Shown: positions 44,079-54,074 of the stretch, one piece after another
Layout of the letters: each line of letters begins with the position of its first letter
Numbering within the stretch: the first letter of the stretch is position 1
From: a virus
Lineage: Duplodnaviria > Caudoviricetes
Reading direction: 5' to 3' (one strand)
DNA length: 54,289 nucleotides
Virus record (IMG/VR): IMGVR_UViG_3300027917_000056
Span: 1-54,289 of that record
Position numbers and translations under genes: made by a program
Notes under the pieces: model-generated
Seen by the model: only the letters and a program-made list of their open reading frames with translations
Told to the model about the DNA's origin: nothing
Database searches by the model: none

Positions 44079-47000
44079 TTACCTCACTCCCAGCCCTTTA
44101 CGGGCACTTTGCCTGAATTCCGGATTGGTGAATAAAGATTCCAAAATCACATCCTGAATCTGCTTTTTTCCATCGTAACGGGTCTCTCCGGCTCTAGCGC
44201 GGAATTGAGTTCCAGTCTGATTGATCAAGTTCACCGTAACCTGTGCCGGTTCTCCAGCGTCTTCTTTTCTTCGTTCCCCACCAATGGGCCCCTGTTGTGC
44301 GGCCATCATTGCTCCCAAGGAAGCCATCGACACATTTCCCATACCACCAAAAGCCCCACCAATTTCGGGTTGTAGGAGACGAGAAATCTTGCCAACCTTG
44401 GCCTCCTGTTCCGCTCCCTCATGCTTGTATCCAGTGGACAGATCAAATGCACTACTGCCAGACATAGCATCTACTGGTCTGTAATCTTCTTTTATTGTTG
44501 GCGCAGCTACAACCCGCACCAGTTCGTCCGCAGCTCGTCCTTTTTCAAATATGTCTCTAGTCATGCTGCCATATCCAGCTTGTGCTTGACTTCTAACTGT
44601 ACGAATTTCGGCTACTGCGTCCCTTGCGTCTCTAATTTTCTTCCATGGATTAATCAAATAATTCACCAAGTCCCGATTTCTACGGGCGGACTCTCTTGGA
44701 ATTACCGCCTCTCCTTTTTGCAGAATGGCAGGAACCTCATCCGGCATTACCCGCACAGCTCCTGAGACCATAGCTCCTTGATGAAAATGCTGGACAGGAG
44801 TGACGGGACCACCTTCGACGATTCCTCCCTCATGAAAATAAGGACCTCCACCACCTATGCTAGGCAATGGAATAGGAGTCTTACCAAGATTCAACGTACC
44901 CGTGCCCCCGATGGTAGGAATTCCTTGTCCCATGCCCATAACATCACCACCACCGCTTCCACCAAATGCACCGAGTAGAGAACCCACACCCTTGATCATT
45001 TGAATAATCATCCACTCGACCAAGAGTTGGGCAATGATGTCCAAAATAGTGCGAATAACTGCCTCACCCATACGTGCAAATGCTTCATTCACTCCTTCCG
45101 TACCCATGATAATATTAGAGAAGGCTTGACTCATGGAATTACTAATTGAATTGGCTAAATGCTGAGATACCTCTGCTCCCCTACGGCCCCAATGAGACCA
45201 TTCCCACTCCACTTTTTTGAACCCTAGCCGCATTCCTTCGAAAAAGTTCTCATTGTTGTCTATCATCCAGTCAATGCGGGCTTCTTCCAGTTCCCGTATT
45301 GAAGCTCCCTGTATGGCTAATTGTTCAAGATGCCACTCCAAATATTCCAAGGTGTGTCGTTGCTTGAGCAAATTGGCTTCCCGTTCCGTGTCTGCAATCT
45401 CAAACAGCAAAGCCTTCCGAAGTTCCGCACTTGCCTTCTCCTGAGCACCCAGCTCTCGCAATTTCTCAACAGCATCGTCATACCGTTTCTGATTCTGTGC
45501 AATGAGTTCAGCAGTAACTTCCTCATTCGACCATATTACACTGTCTAGATAACCGAGCGATTCCTGCTTGATAGCTTCCTGTGCTTCCCGCTCTTTCTCT
45601 ATCCATCCTAACCGTTCTTCGTATGCCTTTTCTGCGGCCCATCGTTGATACTCGAACTGATCCATTACAATACGGTTGATTTCTTGTTGATATTCCCGTT
45701 GCTTGCCCTGAATGGTGTCGGACAATCGCTCCTGAAATCGTGCCATCTCTGCCAAGGAAGCCTGGAAACTTTGTTTCTGTACCTGTCCTTCGGAAGCTAC
45801 AATCCGAGTGCGTTGTTCCAAGCCTTTAAAAGAAGCAGCCAGTTTTTTGTCTTCAGACTCTATGTACTTCTCTGCAATTTCGGAGTACACGGACTTAGCT
45901 GAATCCAGTTCTGTTTGAAGGACTGTCTTACGCTCTTCCGTGGCTCCTTCCATCTCCCGGGTTATGCGTTCGATGGTTTCTATGGCTACTACAAACCGCT
46001 CCGCTTCCCGGCCTGCTCCTCCCCCATAAGCCGAGGTGATGATTTTACGAATTTCTTCGGATTCTTCTTTTGCCTTACGAACCCATTCCTCCAGGTCCCG
46101 TTCCCGTTCTTCAGATCTGCGCTGTATTTCGTTAAGTTCGAACTGGGTCTCGCTCTGTGTAAGCCGTTTCAAGTCCTCCGTTACACCAGCCCGGAAGTCC
46201 ATGAACTGCTCGTAACTAACTTTTTGGTCCTTGAGAGCTTTGTCTAGCAGTTCGGCTTTTTCTTCCTGCACATAAACGGACAGAGTAACCGCTTCCTGTT
46301 CAGCTAAACCGTGTCTCTGAAGAATGGCGAGTTTGTCTTGCTCGTACTTAGTCCAGTAGGCCAGTTGTTCTATGACGGTTTTGCCAGTGAGTTCATCCAT
46401 GTCCTTGCGGAGTTTTTCCATCTCCTCAAGAATGGCTTTTCGCTCCGCAGCCTTTATTTCAGCTATTTCTTTGGCTTGTGCCTCTTCGAAAAGTTCCCGT
46501 GGAGGACCTACTGGTTCCTCTGGGGGACCGCCACGAGCCATGCGATAAGGACCCTCTGCGCGTTCTCTAGCCCGTAATTCACGGAGGAACCGAGCATGGT
46601 TGATTGCCTTCAATTCCTGTTTCTTTAGCTCTTCTGTTACACCAGTAGCACTACGAATGAATGTAGAGAAGGCATCGTCTGAGGTTAGAATCACTTCTCT
46701 AGACCAATCCCCAAAAGCCTGAATCCAAGCAGGAACATTGTCAACCAGCTTACCTGTCACACTCTCGGTTGCTCTGATAGCATTAGCTAAAAGATCCCAA
46801 GTTACAGCAGTCTTCTCTACAGTCATAGCCCTAACAAGTTCAGGAAAAGCCTCCTTTATCCTTTGGATAAATTTCGAAGTTTCGCTCTCAGCTTCCTCCG
46901 TGACTCTACCCGTGGCTCTTCTGGTCCTTTCTGGGATATTTTCTACAAGCGTGATCAGGTCTGCTAAAGCCTCTCCAACACCAAATACTGACCTGACTAC

Positions 47001-47930
47001 TTTCATAATACTGAGAGCAGCTTCATCCGCAGTCCGGATTGTTAATGTCATCGCCGAACCAATCAGATCAGCCCATTTCTGAGCAGATCCAGTTTCAAAA
47101 CTCTTCTCCATAGCTTCTGCATGTCTGCCAAGTATTCTCTCCGTCTCCTCCAGCACCCCTCCCTGAGTGCCAATCTGACGGACAAACTCTTTCGTATAGT
47201 TTTTTATAGTTTCTGTAAGTCCACCGTAAGTGCTTTGTATTTTTTGTGAGAACCCACCGTATCTTTCTTTCAATCCTTCCAGTACGGCAGCTATGACTTT
47301 TTGGGCATCCAGATGGAGTTTACCTACATCCGCTAATTGAGCAGCAGTAAGACCCATTTTCTCCTGTAAAATTTCAAATACTGGGACACCTGCCATTCGG
47401 AGTTGATCCATCTCTTGAGCCATCAATCGTCCCTTGGCCTGTATTTGTCCCAATGCCCTAGCAACCCTATCCATTCCATCAGCCTGTAGCCCGAGGGCTA
47501 GTACGGTATCGACCAGAGTGGTCATATCATCAATGGTGGGCTTCAAGCCCATGGCCCGGAGCATCTTGAAGGAATCAATGGCTTGTTCCGTATTGATTGG
47601 CATTTTCAGGGCCCATTTATTCAACTCTTCAAACCAATTCGTACCTTCACCCTTCGTCAGCATGTCTAAGGAATCCCGCATTCGCTCGAATCGGTCTGCG
47701 GTCTCTACCACACTCTTGCCGAGAGCAACAATAGAACCAACTCCCACGGCAGCAGCTAGGCCCATAAGTTGAGTTCGCACTCCCATGATCCCACCCTGCC
47801 ACCGAAGCATACTCCGATGATTGTCTTCTACCTGACCCCGGAGATTATTGAAATTTCTCTCCACACGACCCAGAGCAGCCGAGCTTTGATCTCGAACTAT
47901 GATAGGTATGTTCAATCTTCTTTCAGCCAT
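44079..47930 (-). CDS. tape measure protein
   Basis: 1283 aa helical; N-terminal ALGQIQAKGRLMAQEM domain; C-terminal FHEGG...EVPAILQKGE. Confidence 0.93.
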   Translation of the reverse strand: MAERRLNIPIIVRDQSSAALGRVERNFNNLRGQVEDNHRSMLRWQGGIMGVRTQLMGLAAAVGVGSIVALGKSVVETADRFERMRDSLDMLTKGEGTNWFEELNKWALKMPINTEQAIDSFKMLRAMGLKPTIDDMTTLVDTVLALGLQADGMDRVARALGQIQAKGRLMAQEMDQLRMAGVPVFEILQEKMGLTAAQLADVGKLHLDAQKVIAAVLEGLKERYGGFSQKIQSTYGGLTETIKNYTKEFVRQIGTQGGVLEETERILGRHAEAMEKSFETGSAQKWADLIGSAMTLTIRTADEAALSIMKVVRSVFGVGEALADLITLVENIPERTRRATGRVTEEAESETSKFIQRIKEAFPELVRAMTVEKTAVTWDLLANAIRATESVTGKLVDNVPAWIQAFGDWSREVILTSDDAFSTFIRSATGVTEELKKQELKAINHARFLRELRARERAEGPYRMARGGPPEEPVGPPRELFEEAQAKEIAEIKAAERKAILEEMEKLRKDMDELTGKTVIEQLAYWTKYEQDKLAILQRHGLAEQEAVTLSVYVQEEKAELLDKALKDQKVSYEQFMDFRAGVTEDLKRLTQSETQFELNEIQRRSEERERDLEEWVRKAKEESEEIRKIITSAYGGGAGREAERFVVAIETIERITREMEGATEERKTVLQTELDSAKSVYSEIAEKYIESEDKKLAASFKGLEQRTRIVASEGQVQKQSFQASLAEMARFQERLSDTIQGKQREYQQEINRIVMDQFEYQRWAAEKAYEERLGWIEKEREAQEAIKQESLGYLDSVIWSNEEVTAELIAQNQKRYDDAVEKLRELGAQEKASAELRKALLFEIADTEREANLLKQRHTLEYLEWHLEQLAIQGASIRELEEARIDWMIDNNENFFEGMRLGFKKVEWEWSHWGRRGAEVSQHLANSISNSMSQAFSNIIMGTEGVNEAFARMGEAVIRTILDIIAQLLVEWMIIQMIKGVGSLLGAFGGSGGGDVMGMGQGIPTIGGTGTLNLGKTPIPLPSIGGGGPYFHEGGIVEGGPVTPVQHFHQGAMVSGAVRVMPDEVPAILQKGEAVIPRESARRNRDLVNYLINPWKKIRDARDAVAEIRTVRSQAQAGYGSMTRDIFEKGRAADELVRVVAAPTIKEDYRPVDAMSGSSAFDLSTGYKHEGAEQEAKVGKISRLLQPEIGGAFGGMGNVSMASLGAMMAAQQGPIGGERRKEDAGEPAQVTVNLINQTGTQFRARAGETRYDGKKQIQDVILESLFTNPEFRQSARKGLGVR

Positions 47931-47936
47931 GTACGG

Positions 47937-48320
47937 CTACCTCTTTGCTAAAACTTTCGCTTGTGGATTCACCGTTCTGGTAATTCCTTTTTGTCCGGGC
48001 TGCTTGTTGAACTGACTCGTTCGATAGGACAGAAGATAATAAAACACCCCTGTAAACAAACGCTCGTAATCTTCTTCCTCAACACCCGAGGCCCGGATTG
48101 TAAGATCAATGGCATTAAAGTCTATTTGTCCGGTCATTCCGTTTATAGCTCCCGGTAGGGCTTTTCTAGCCAATCCATATGTCAAAAGATTTTCCCCCAT
48201 TACACGAGGTCGCTTGCACTTGTCACAGGGGGGTTCTTTGCCTTTCCTCGTGTAGATTTGGTCGCAGTTGGAGCACTGGAGCTTTGTGCGGTCTCCTTCC
48301 CATTCTGCGACCTCAACAAG
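47937..48320 (-). CDS. tail chaperone -1 frameshift extension (gpT-like)
   Basis: The -1 frame is open from the slippery site to 47937: LVEVAEWEG...CSNC...CDKC...MGENLL. Confidence 0.8.
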   Translation of the reverse strand, partial: LVEVAEWEGDRTKLQCSNCDQIYTRKGKEPPCDKCKRPRVMGENLLTYGLARKALPGAINGMTGQIDFNAIDLTIRASGVEEEDYERLFTGVFYYLLSYRTSQFNKQPGQKGITRTVNPQAKVLAKR

Positions 48321-48628
48321 TTTTTTACCTGTTCCAGTTTGGAAGCCATCAACTCATTTATCTGTATGATTAGTTCCTGCCGGAGTGCATACTCGTACCG
48401 AAAAAGGTAGAGCTTGTTTTCTTCATTGCACTCAAACACTTCCCCGGTATCCAGATCCTCAATCCCTTCCCAACTCTCCACACAGTACATAAACATGGTC
48501 TTCTCTACATCGATAGGGTTCACGGCTCCTCGGTCATATTTAATTTCATCATATGGAAAAGGTCTTAAGTGGAACTTTGCGTCCCCAATTTCGATCTCCT
48601 TGCCTACTAGCTTTTTGCTGATCTTCAT
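48200..48628 (-). CDS. tail assembly chaperone (gpG-like)
   Basis: Between the tube and tape measure genes; CVESWEGIED motif. Confidence 0.85.
   Translation of the reverse strand: MKISKKLVGKEIEIGDAKFHLRPFPYDEIKYDRGAVNPIDVEKTMFMYCVESWEGIEDLDTGEVFECNEENKLYLFRYEYALRQELIIQINELMASKLEQVKNLLRSQNGKETAQSSSAPTATKSTRGKAKNPPVTSASDLV
48320..48326 (-). other. -1 ribosomal frameshift slippery heptamer A AAA AAC
   Basis: In-frame CAG GTA AAA AAC in gpG. Confidence 0.8.
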
Positions 48629-48643
48629 TGTCTTCTCCCTCCT

Positions 48644-48670
48644 CTAAGAAGGGGGACCCAAAGGTCCCCC
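48644..48670 (-). terminator. intrinsic terminator-like hairpin after the major tail gene
   Basis: GGGGGACC-TTTG-GGTCCCCC followed by TTCTT. Confidence 0.7.
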
Positions 48671-48678
48671 CCAAAGTT

Positions 48679-49095
48679 TTAGCTTGACTCGACGTAGTAC
48701 ATCTGGTCATGTCCAACCATTGTCATAGAAACCCGCACTACGTCATCATTGCCTGGGTTGTTAAGAGAAACGGCTGTAATAACGGCACTTCCGTAGAAGT
48801 AGCCATCGGTCGTTCCCTCATCAACCTCAAAACGCACGTCAGCGACAACACCATCCGTACCATCTGCAAAAACTTCGTCGATCAATCCCCTCTGTCCGTT
48901 CGTGTCTCCCATATCGACGAATCCATTGATAGTACCATTCCAACCCCTGGACCCCTGAACAGTCTGCTTCCACTCGTTACCAATGCAAGTAACGTCGATT
49001 GCAGTGCCCTCAAGATTCAAGGTATAGTCCGTGAGATTGATGACAGTGTTCGCACCGACAGCGCACACGCCCAACTTACCACGAAAGAACGCCAT
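48679..49095 (-). CDS. major tail tube protein
   Basis: DVTCIG.EWK...G.RGW.GTI.G and YFYGSAVIT patterns; canonical position. Confidence 0.85.
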   Translation of the reverse strand: MAFFRGKLGVCAVGANTVINLTDYTLNLEGTAIDVTCIGNEWKQTVQGSRGWNGTINGFVDMGDTNGQRGLIDEVFADGTDGVVADVRFEVDEGTTDGYFYGSAVITAVSLNNPGNDDVVRVSMTMVGHDQMYYVESS

Positions 49096-49122
49096 CGTGA
49101 GAACCTCCCTTATATCCGATTA

Positions 49123-49572
49123 TCAAGTCAGCGTAATCGGATATTTGCCGGTGAAAGTAAGTAAACACCCGCCAAACTCGTCTTGGCTCACTGCCTCGCA
49201 TGGCCTCAACTGAAAAGCGATTACCCCTTCTCCGAGAGAGGAATCCGCCCGAATTGCCCTCTCTATGTCGCTCCCTAATTCCATGGCTCTTTTCAGGGCG
49301 TCATCTTCACTCTTGACGTAACCGTGGATCTCGATTTCGAACTCCACCATATAGTTAGCGTCAACAGTGACCTGCTCGACATCCCAAGAGACTGTAGGAA
49401 CGCAAACGAACGGGTACACGCTTTGCTCGTTGATAGCACGAGCTCCCAAGACGATCTGATTGTGTTTGAGCCGATTGTTGTAGCCCGTTGAACCGTCAAT
49501 ACGGTTCCGGAGTTGATCAATCAGCGCATCCACAACATCTTTCATTCTGTTATAAGTGGTAGTGTCTGCCAT
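49123..49572 (-). CDS. tail terminator/completion protein
   Basis: Position; YP.V.V...EIEIHGYV...DIERAI pattern. Confidence 0.7.
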   Translation of the reverse strand: MADTTTYNRMKDVVDALIDQLRNRIDGSTGYNNRLKHNQIVLGARAINEQSVYPFVCVPTVSWDVEQVTVDANYMVEFEIEIHGYVKSEDDALKRAMELGSDIERAIRADSSLGEGVIAFQLRPCEAVSQDEFGGCLLTFTGKYPITLT

Positions 49573-49597
49573 GTGTTTTCGTCCTGTGTTTATGGGG

Positions 49598-49703
49598 CAA
49601 ACAAAAAGGGCAGACTATGCGAAGGTGCGGCTCCGCACTGCCTGCCCTTTTCTGTTTCTTGCGTCCCCTTCAAGATTGGCCGATCTCTAAAGGGGAACCC
49701 CTT
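49598..49703 (-). promoter_or_regulatory. structured intergenic RNA element (terminator/attenuator-like)
   Basis: Outer stem 49604-49613/49642-49651 encloses hairpin 49625-49638 and is followed by a U-run on the coding strand; second stem with alternative pairing at 49664-49703. Confidence 0.55.
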
Positions 49704-49709
49704 ATGTAA

Positions 49710-50339
49710 TTATCTCTTTAAGTCATCCACAATCTTACCCCCATAATACTCGATTATCTTTTCCATTTTTGGTCTCATCTTCTCAAAAGACGGAGTAAGC
49801 CACGGCTTGGGGCTCATCTTTACTTTCCGGGCAAAAATCACATGACCTGTAGCTTCCCCGTGCTTTACAGCCCGCCTAAGTCGGTATCCACCAGTACCGA
49901 GTATATCCACACCTCGACGTGTCTTCTGGAATTTCCACCGGGACCGAAACACGAGGAATTTCCTCGGTGGTTTCGGATATACCATATGACCTGGAGTTTG
50001 AGCACCCCACTCCAACACCCGCCCATAGAACCCAGGACCTTTTCTTGTTTGTGCCTCAATAAGACCTCGAACCCCAACGACCCCAAACTCTGCTTTGTAT
50101 ACCTTGTCTTCTCCCGTACCCTCCACCCTCACCTCTGAAGCCCGTACTGAACTAGCTAACTTACCCGTACCTCTAAAAAGCGGATTTCCACCCGTAAGAT
50201 GTTTTTGAGTCTCTGTATCTAAAATCATCATTGCCTCTTTCATTCCTCGTACTACGTCCTTGATTCGACCCTTACGGGTTTTTCGCACGTCCATTATGAA
50301 CGCATCCACTTCTCGCCATTTTATTTCCACTTCGGCCAT
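49710..50339 (-). CDS. HK97 gp10-like neck/tail completion protein
   Basis: TGKLASSV, YGRVLEWG and PKPWLTPSF motifs. Confidence 0.8.
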   Translation of the reverse strand: MAEVEIKWREVDAFIMDVRKTRKGRIKDVVRGMKEAMMILDTETQKHLTGGNPLFRGTGKLASSVRASEVRVEGTGEDKVYKAEFGVVGVRGLIEAQTRKGPGFYGRVLEWGAQTPGHMVYPKPPRKFLVFRSRWKFQKTRRGVDILGTGGYRLRRAVKHGEATGHVIFARKVKMSPKPWLTPSFEKMRPKMEKIIEYYGGKIVDDLKR

Positions 50340-50340
50340 A

Positions 50341-50925
50341 CTAACGGGAGTCCCTTTCTATGAGCATAGCAAAATCTGGTAATAGGTTATCTTTCAAGTT
50401 CTTGTATGAAATAGTGCCCATCCCTTGAGGTTGTGCCACAGAGGCTTTATCCCATTTGTGATCCTTGGCCTGTTCGAACCAGTGAGCCGCTTGCCTTACC
50501 ATTATTTGCTTAGACCCCGAAGGAATAGCACTGGCCCCTGTCTCTGTGTACCCAGCCGTATAGGACACCTTTATGGACTGATTGCCGACATGAAAATAGG
50601 AGTTGTAATATATAACTCCGTGTACATAATCCACCCGGTAGTCCTCTGCCGGAACTAGGTGATCACTGGTCCACTGCCAGTCCGGATCGTCCCACATCTG
50701 TACTGCTGGAGTGGTGGCTACAGGATAACCCCTAAGAATTACCACGCTCTGGTCCTCATAAGCGTTGTAATATTCCGTAAGTGCCGCCTGCTCTACTACG
50801 GTCTTGCCAGTAAGTTCCTTGTACAACCCTTCTACCCCAACAGTAACAGCCTCAATCAGATCGTTGTTCTCAGCGTCCTTTATGCCGAGTTCCAGTTTTA
50901 CGTCCTCTTTAGTGATCAGGGCCAC
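50341..50925 (-). CDS. head-tail connector (gp6/gp15-like)
   Basis: LITKEDVKLELGI...IKVSYTAGY...AAHWF pattern. Confidence 0.85.
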   Translation of the reverse strand: MALITKEDVKLELGIKDAENNDLIEAVTVGVEGLYKELTGKTVVEQAALTEYYNAYEDQSVVILRGYPVATTPAVQMWDDPDWQWTSDHLVPAEDYRVDYVHGVIYYNSYFHVGNQSIKVSYTAGYTETGASAIPSGSKQIMVRQAAHWFEQAKDHKWDKASVAQPQGMGTISYKNLKDNLLPDFAMLIERDSR

Positions 50926-51949
50926 AACCTTTCCTCCTGTCTATTTCATATTTCATTAAATCGACAAGCCTCTGAGCCGACTCTTCCCAAGTAAAATACT
51001 TAGCAATTCTCTCATGGGCCTTCCGTCCCCGAGCTAGGGCTTCGTCATAATGTTTAGGAACATAATCCACCCACCCGGCTAGGTCCCCAACCTCGGGCAT
51101 TCCAAGCCTGGACCACGCCCGAACGTGCCGACCATCAGACCGGGGAAAAGTGAACTCAGCATTTCCAATAAAATAACCCAATGGGTAGCCAACCTCCTCA
51201 TCAAAATAATCGAGCATCCCCCCATAGTGAGTAGCCACACATGGCAATCCTGTTCTCATAGCCTCGGCTAGGGTGAGTCCAAAACCTTCCCCCCGGCTAG
51301 GGAACAGAAAACAATGGGCAGAATGATAAATCTCCACCATGTCCTCAGTGGGCACGTCCCGAGAGTCCACTATAAGATTTTTGCCAAACGTTACCTTGTG
51401 GTCGTACTGAAGACCACGGGCTCCGGCAGTTTTCAGATACAACTCCACGTCACTCCGGTCTCTCATCTTCATCCGATCCCACACCCACATAATCTCCTCA
51501 TACCCCTTCCGCTTGTTAGGAGCCCCAACCCACAGGAAACGGAATCGCTCCCCCGAGGGCGGGAGGCACCGAAGTTTGTAGGAGAATACTGGGTCCACAC
51601 CATGATGCACTACGTGCAAAGGTTTATATGGCAGCTTCTTCTTAAACACCCCTCCAGCCCATGTAGAAGGGGTGAGGAGATAGTCGGCCTTCTCGGCCTT
51701 CCACCGATAGATGTCCGGCAAATCCAGCCCCTCGAACATGGTAAAGAGCCAGTTGAATTTATCTGGCACAGGATCGAACCTCTCCGCACTCACAATAGTC
51801 AAGGCATCCTCTGCGTCTGGGTCCAGAGTGGCAATCTTGGCCACCTCAGCCCGAAGATTCTCGTTATGGGTATAGTACCCATACACGTTAGGTCCGTACA
51901 TCATATTCTTCGGCTTCTCGGACTTGGTTGCCCAGTGAATCCGAGTCAT
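50909..51949 (-). CDS. GT4 (GT-B) glycosyltransferase, paralog 2
   Basis: FLWVGAPNKRKG and FPSRGEGFGLTLAEAM motifs. Confidence 0.92.
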   Translation of the reverse strand: MTRIHWATKSEKPKNMMYGPNVYGYYTHNENLRAEVAKIATLDPDAEDALTIVSAERFDPVPDKFNWLFTMFEGLDLPDIYRWKAEKADYLLTPSTWAGGVFKKKLPYKPLHVVHHGVDPVFSYKLRCLPPSGERFRFLWVGAPNKRKGYEEIMWVWDRMKMRDRSDVELYLKTAGARGLQYDHKVTFGKNLIVDSRDVPTEDMVEIYHSAHCFLFPSRGEGFGLTLAEAMRTGLPCVATHYGGMLDYFDEEVGYPLGYFIGNAEFTFPRSDGRHVRAWSRLGMPEVGDLAGWVDYVPKHYDEALARGRKAHERIAKYFTWEESAQRLVDLMKYEIDRRKGCGPDH

Positions 51950-52946
51950 GGCTTTCCCTCCTCTTCAGCCATTGGGTTTTAAGTGTACTGACCAGCGATT
52001 CTGCCGACCTCTCCCAAGTAAATTCATCTCGAATTCTTTGATGTGCCTTCCGGCCTTTCTCCAGAGCTTCATCATAATGAACAACTACATAAGACATCCA
52101 CTTAGCCATCACTCCAGGGTCGGGAAAGCTAATGTCGGTATCCCACCACCCGAGATCGTCCCGTCCGATAAACCGCACTCTGGATTTCTTTATTTCATGA
52201 GGAATTACATAGCCAACCTCCTCATCGAAGAAGTCGGCCACTCCGGTATAGCTAGGAGATATGCAGGGCAGACCCGTCCTCATGGCCTCGGCGAGAGTCA
52301 ACCCAAATCCTTCCCCCCGGGTAGGAAACAAAAAGGCGTGGCTTCGGTGATATAGGTTTAGAAGGGCTGCCCTGCTTATATTAGATCCGTTTACTATCAC
52401 ATTACCCATTTGTTTTACACCTGGATGCCGAGTGGTTTTGATATACAACCTAGCGTTCCTGAGTGTTTCGAATCCCGCATGTTTCCATGCTGCTATTACT
52501 TCCTGAAATCCCTTTCTTGGGTTGGGAGCACCCACCCACAAGAACTGAAACTTGCCCTTAGGCATCTTTCTTTTCTTGTAAGTAAAAAACGGCTCCACAC
52601 CATGAGGCACCACGAATATCTTCTCCTCATCGAAATACTTAGCGAACAACTTCTTCACCCACGTAGAAGGAGCCAGAAGGAAATCTGCCTTTTCCATGTT
52701 CTCCAGGTAGAACTCAGGAACCTCTTCACCCTCAAACATAGTAAAGAGCCAGTTGACCTTCTCTGGCACTGGCCGAAAATTCTCCGCTGGTATAATGTGG
52801 ATAGCATCTTCATACTCATCCCCTATTGGGCAAATCTGCTTTGTGTACTTTACTAGGGTGTTGTTGTGTACCATGTATCCATAAGCATTTCCAATGCCGT
52901 CCTGATACATTGCCGTGGCCCAACACAGTCCGAACTCCTCTATCAT
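51888..52946 (-). CDS. GT4 (GT-B) glycosyltransferase, paralog 1
   Basis: FLWVGAPNPRKG and FPTRGEGFGLTLAEAM motifs; start MIEEFG at 52946. Confidence 0.92.
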   Translation of the reverse strand: MIEEFGLCWATAMYQDGIGNAYGYMVHNNTLVKYTKQICPIGDEYEDAIHIIPAENFRPVPEKVNWLFTMFEGEEVPEFYLENMEKADFLLAPSTWVKKLFAKYFDEEKIFVVPHGVEPFFTYKKRKMPKGKFQFLWVGAPNPRKGFQEVIAAWKHAGFETLRNARLYIKTTRHPGVKQMGNVIVNGSNISRAALLNLYHRSHAFLFPTRGEGFGLTLAEAMRTGLPCISPSYTGVADFFDEEVGYVIPHEIKKSRVRFIGRDDLGWWDTDISFPDPGVMAKWMSYVVVHYDEALEKGRKAHQRIRDEFTWERSAESLVSTLKTQWLKRRESHDSDSLGNQVREAEEYDVRT

Positions 52947-53569
52947 GATTTCCTCAGTATAAATTGGTGTGTGTCTATCTCTCCCCCAGACCATCCCTGC
53001 TTATCCACTAGGTACTCGTCCACTGCTTGTTTGGCTCCACGACATTGCGGAAATCCATAATCATCACAAATAATCACTCCTCCTGAACTCATTCTCGGGA
53101 AGAAAAAAGAGAAGCAATCAAGAGTAGACTGATAAATGTCTACGTCCACATGAACAAAGCAATAATTCTGATAAGGTAGTCTATCTGCACAATATGGAAA
53201 CATCCCCTTGATTAAAGCCACGTTCGGTCGATTTTCCTGAAACCATTTCTTTATATCCTCAAATTGAGCAACATCCGAAAAGTCTCCTTCCTCGTGTTCG
53301 TCCAGACCTTTTATCGGTTGTGGCATTCCATCAAAGGTGTCAATCCCAAACACAGGCCGATCATCGAAAATGGCAGAAATATGATTCAGGGAACCACCAA
53401 AGTACACACCTATTTCCACTACACCACCTGGAACTATATAACCACGAACTCTTTTGGCTTCCCGTTTGATAACGTCCAAACGCACATGATCAATAGCCGT
53501 ATAAATGCCCGGGAGCTTAGTCTCAAGCTGCGACTGCTTGTTTTGGGTAGTGTTTGGCATCTGCATCAT
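52943..53569 (-). CDS. TylF/MycF-like sugar O-methyltransferase
   Basis: EIGVYFGGS, DTFDGMP, HVDVDIYQST and DDYG motifs. Confidence 0.88.
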   Translation of the reverse strand: MMQMPNTTQNKQSQLETKLPGIYTAIDHVRLDVIKREAKRVRGYIVPGGVVEIGVYFGGSLNHISAIFDDRPVFGIDTFDGMPQPIKGLDEHEEGDFSDVAQFEDIKKWFQENRPNVALIKGMFPYCADRLPYQNYCFVHVDVDIYQSTLDCFSFFFPRMSSGGVIICDDYGFPQCRGAKQAVDEYLVDKQGWSGGEIDTHQFILRKS

Positions 53570-54074
53570 TTATAATCTCCTTACGGAAATTAAAGCCCGT
53601 GACTGCCTCTAACTGTTTCAAGGCCCTTTCAGGAGCTATAAACATGAGACTCGAATCGATGATTATAAAGTCTGGTCTGTGTTCTACTAAAAACCTAAAT
53701 ATATGTGTGAGTTGTGGCACTACCCGACATTCCGCATCTTCCCTTTTATTCTGATGTCCCTGATGCACCTTGGAACGTGCCATAGCTGCCCATTCTCTAA
53801 ACATGACAATCCAAAATGTTTGGCATCCACATTCCCGAAATCTAGTATCTATCCTTGATAGATCAGGCATATGTCCTGCATGAGGCACACTACGGCGGAA
53901 CACAAATCTGGATTCCTCACTATGCTTACTCAAGTCTGCCTTTCCCTTTAGTACCTGATCCAACGGCTGATTATGACTTGCCTGTCCAATACATCCGGCT
54001 TCTATCAACAAACGAGTCATTAATCTTGTGCCGGAAGATTCTGGTCCAACTACCAGATACGCTTTTTTCGTCAT
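53523..54074 (-). CDS. sulfotransferase-family (P-loop) protein
   Basis: VVGPESSGTRLM (5'-PSB-like) and a later R....ARS motif. Confidence 0.6.
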   Translation of the reverse strand: MTKKAYLVVGPESSGTRLMTRLLIEAGCIGQASHNQPLDQVLKGKADLSKHSEESRFVFRRSVPHAGHMPDLSRIDTRFRECGCQTFWIVMFREWAAMARSKVHQGHQNKREDAECRVVPQLTHIFRFLVEHRPDFIIIDSSLMFIAPERALKQLEAVTGFNFRKEIINDADAKHYPKQAVAA

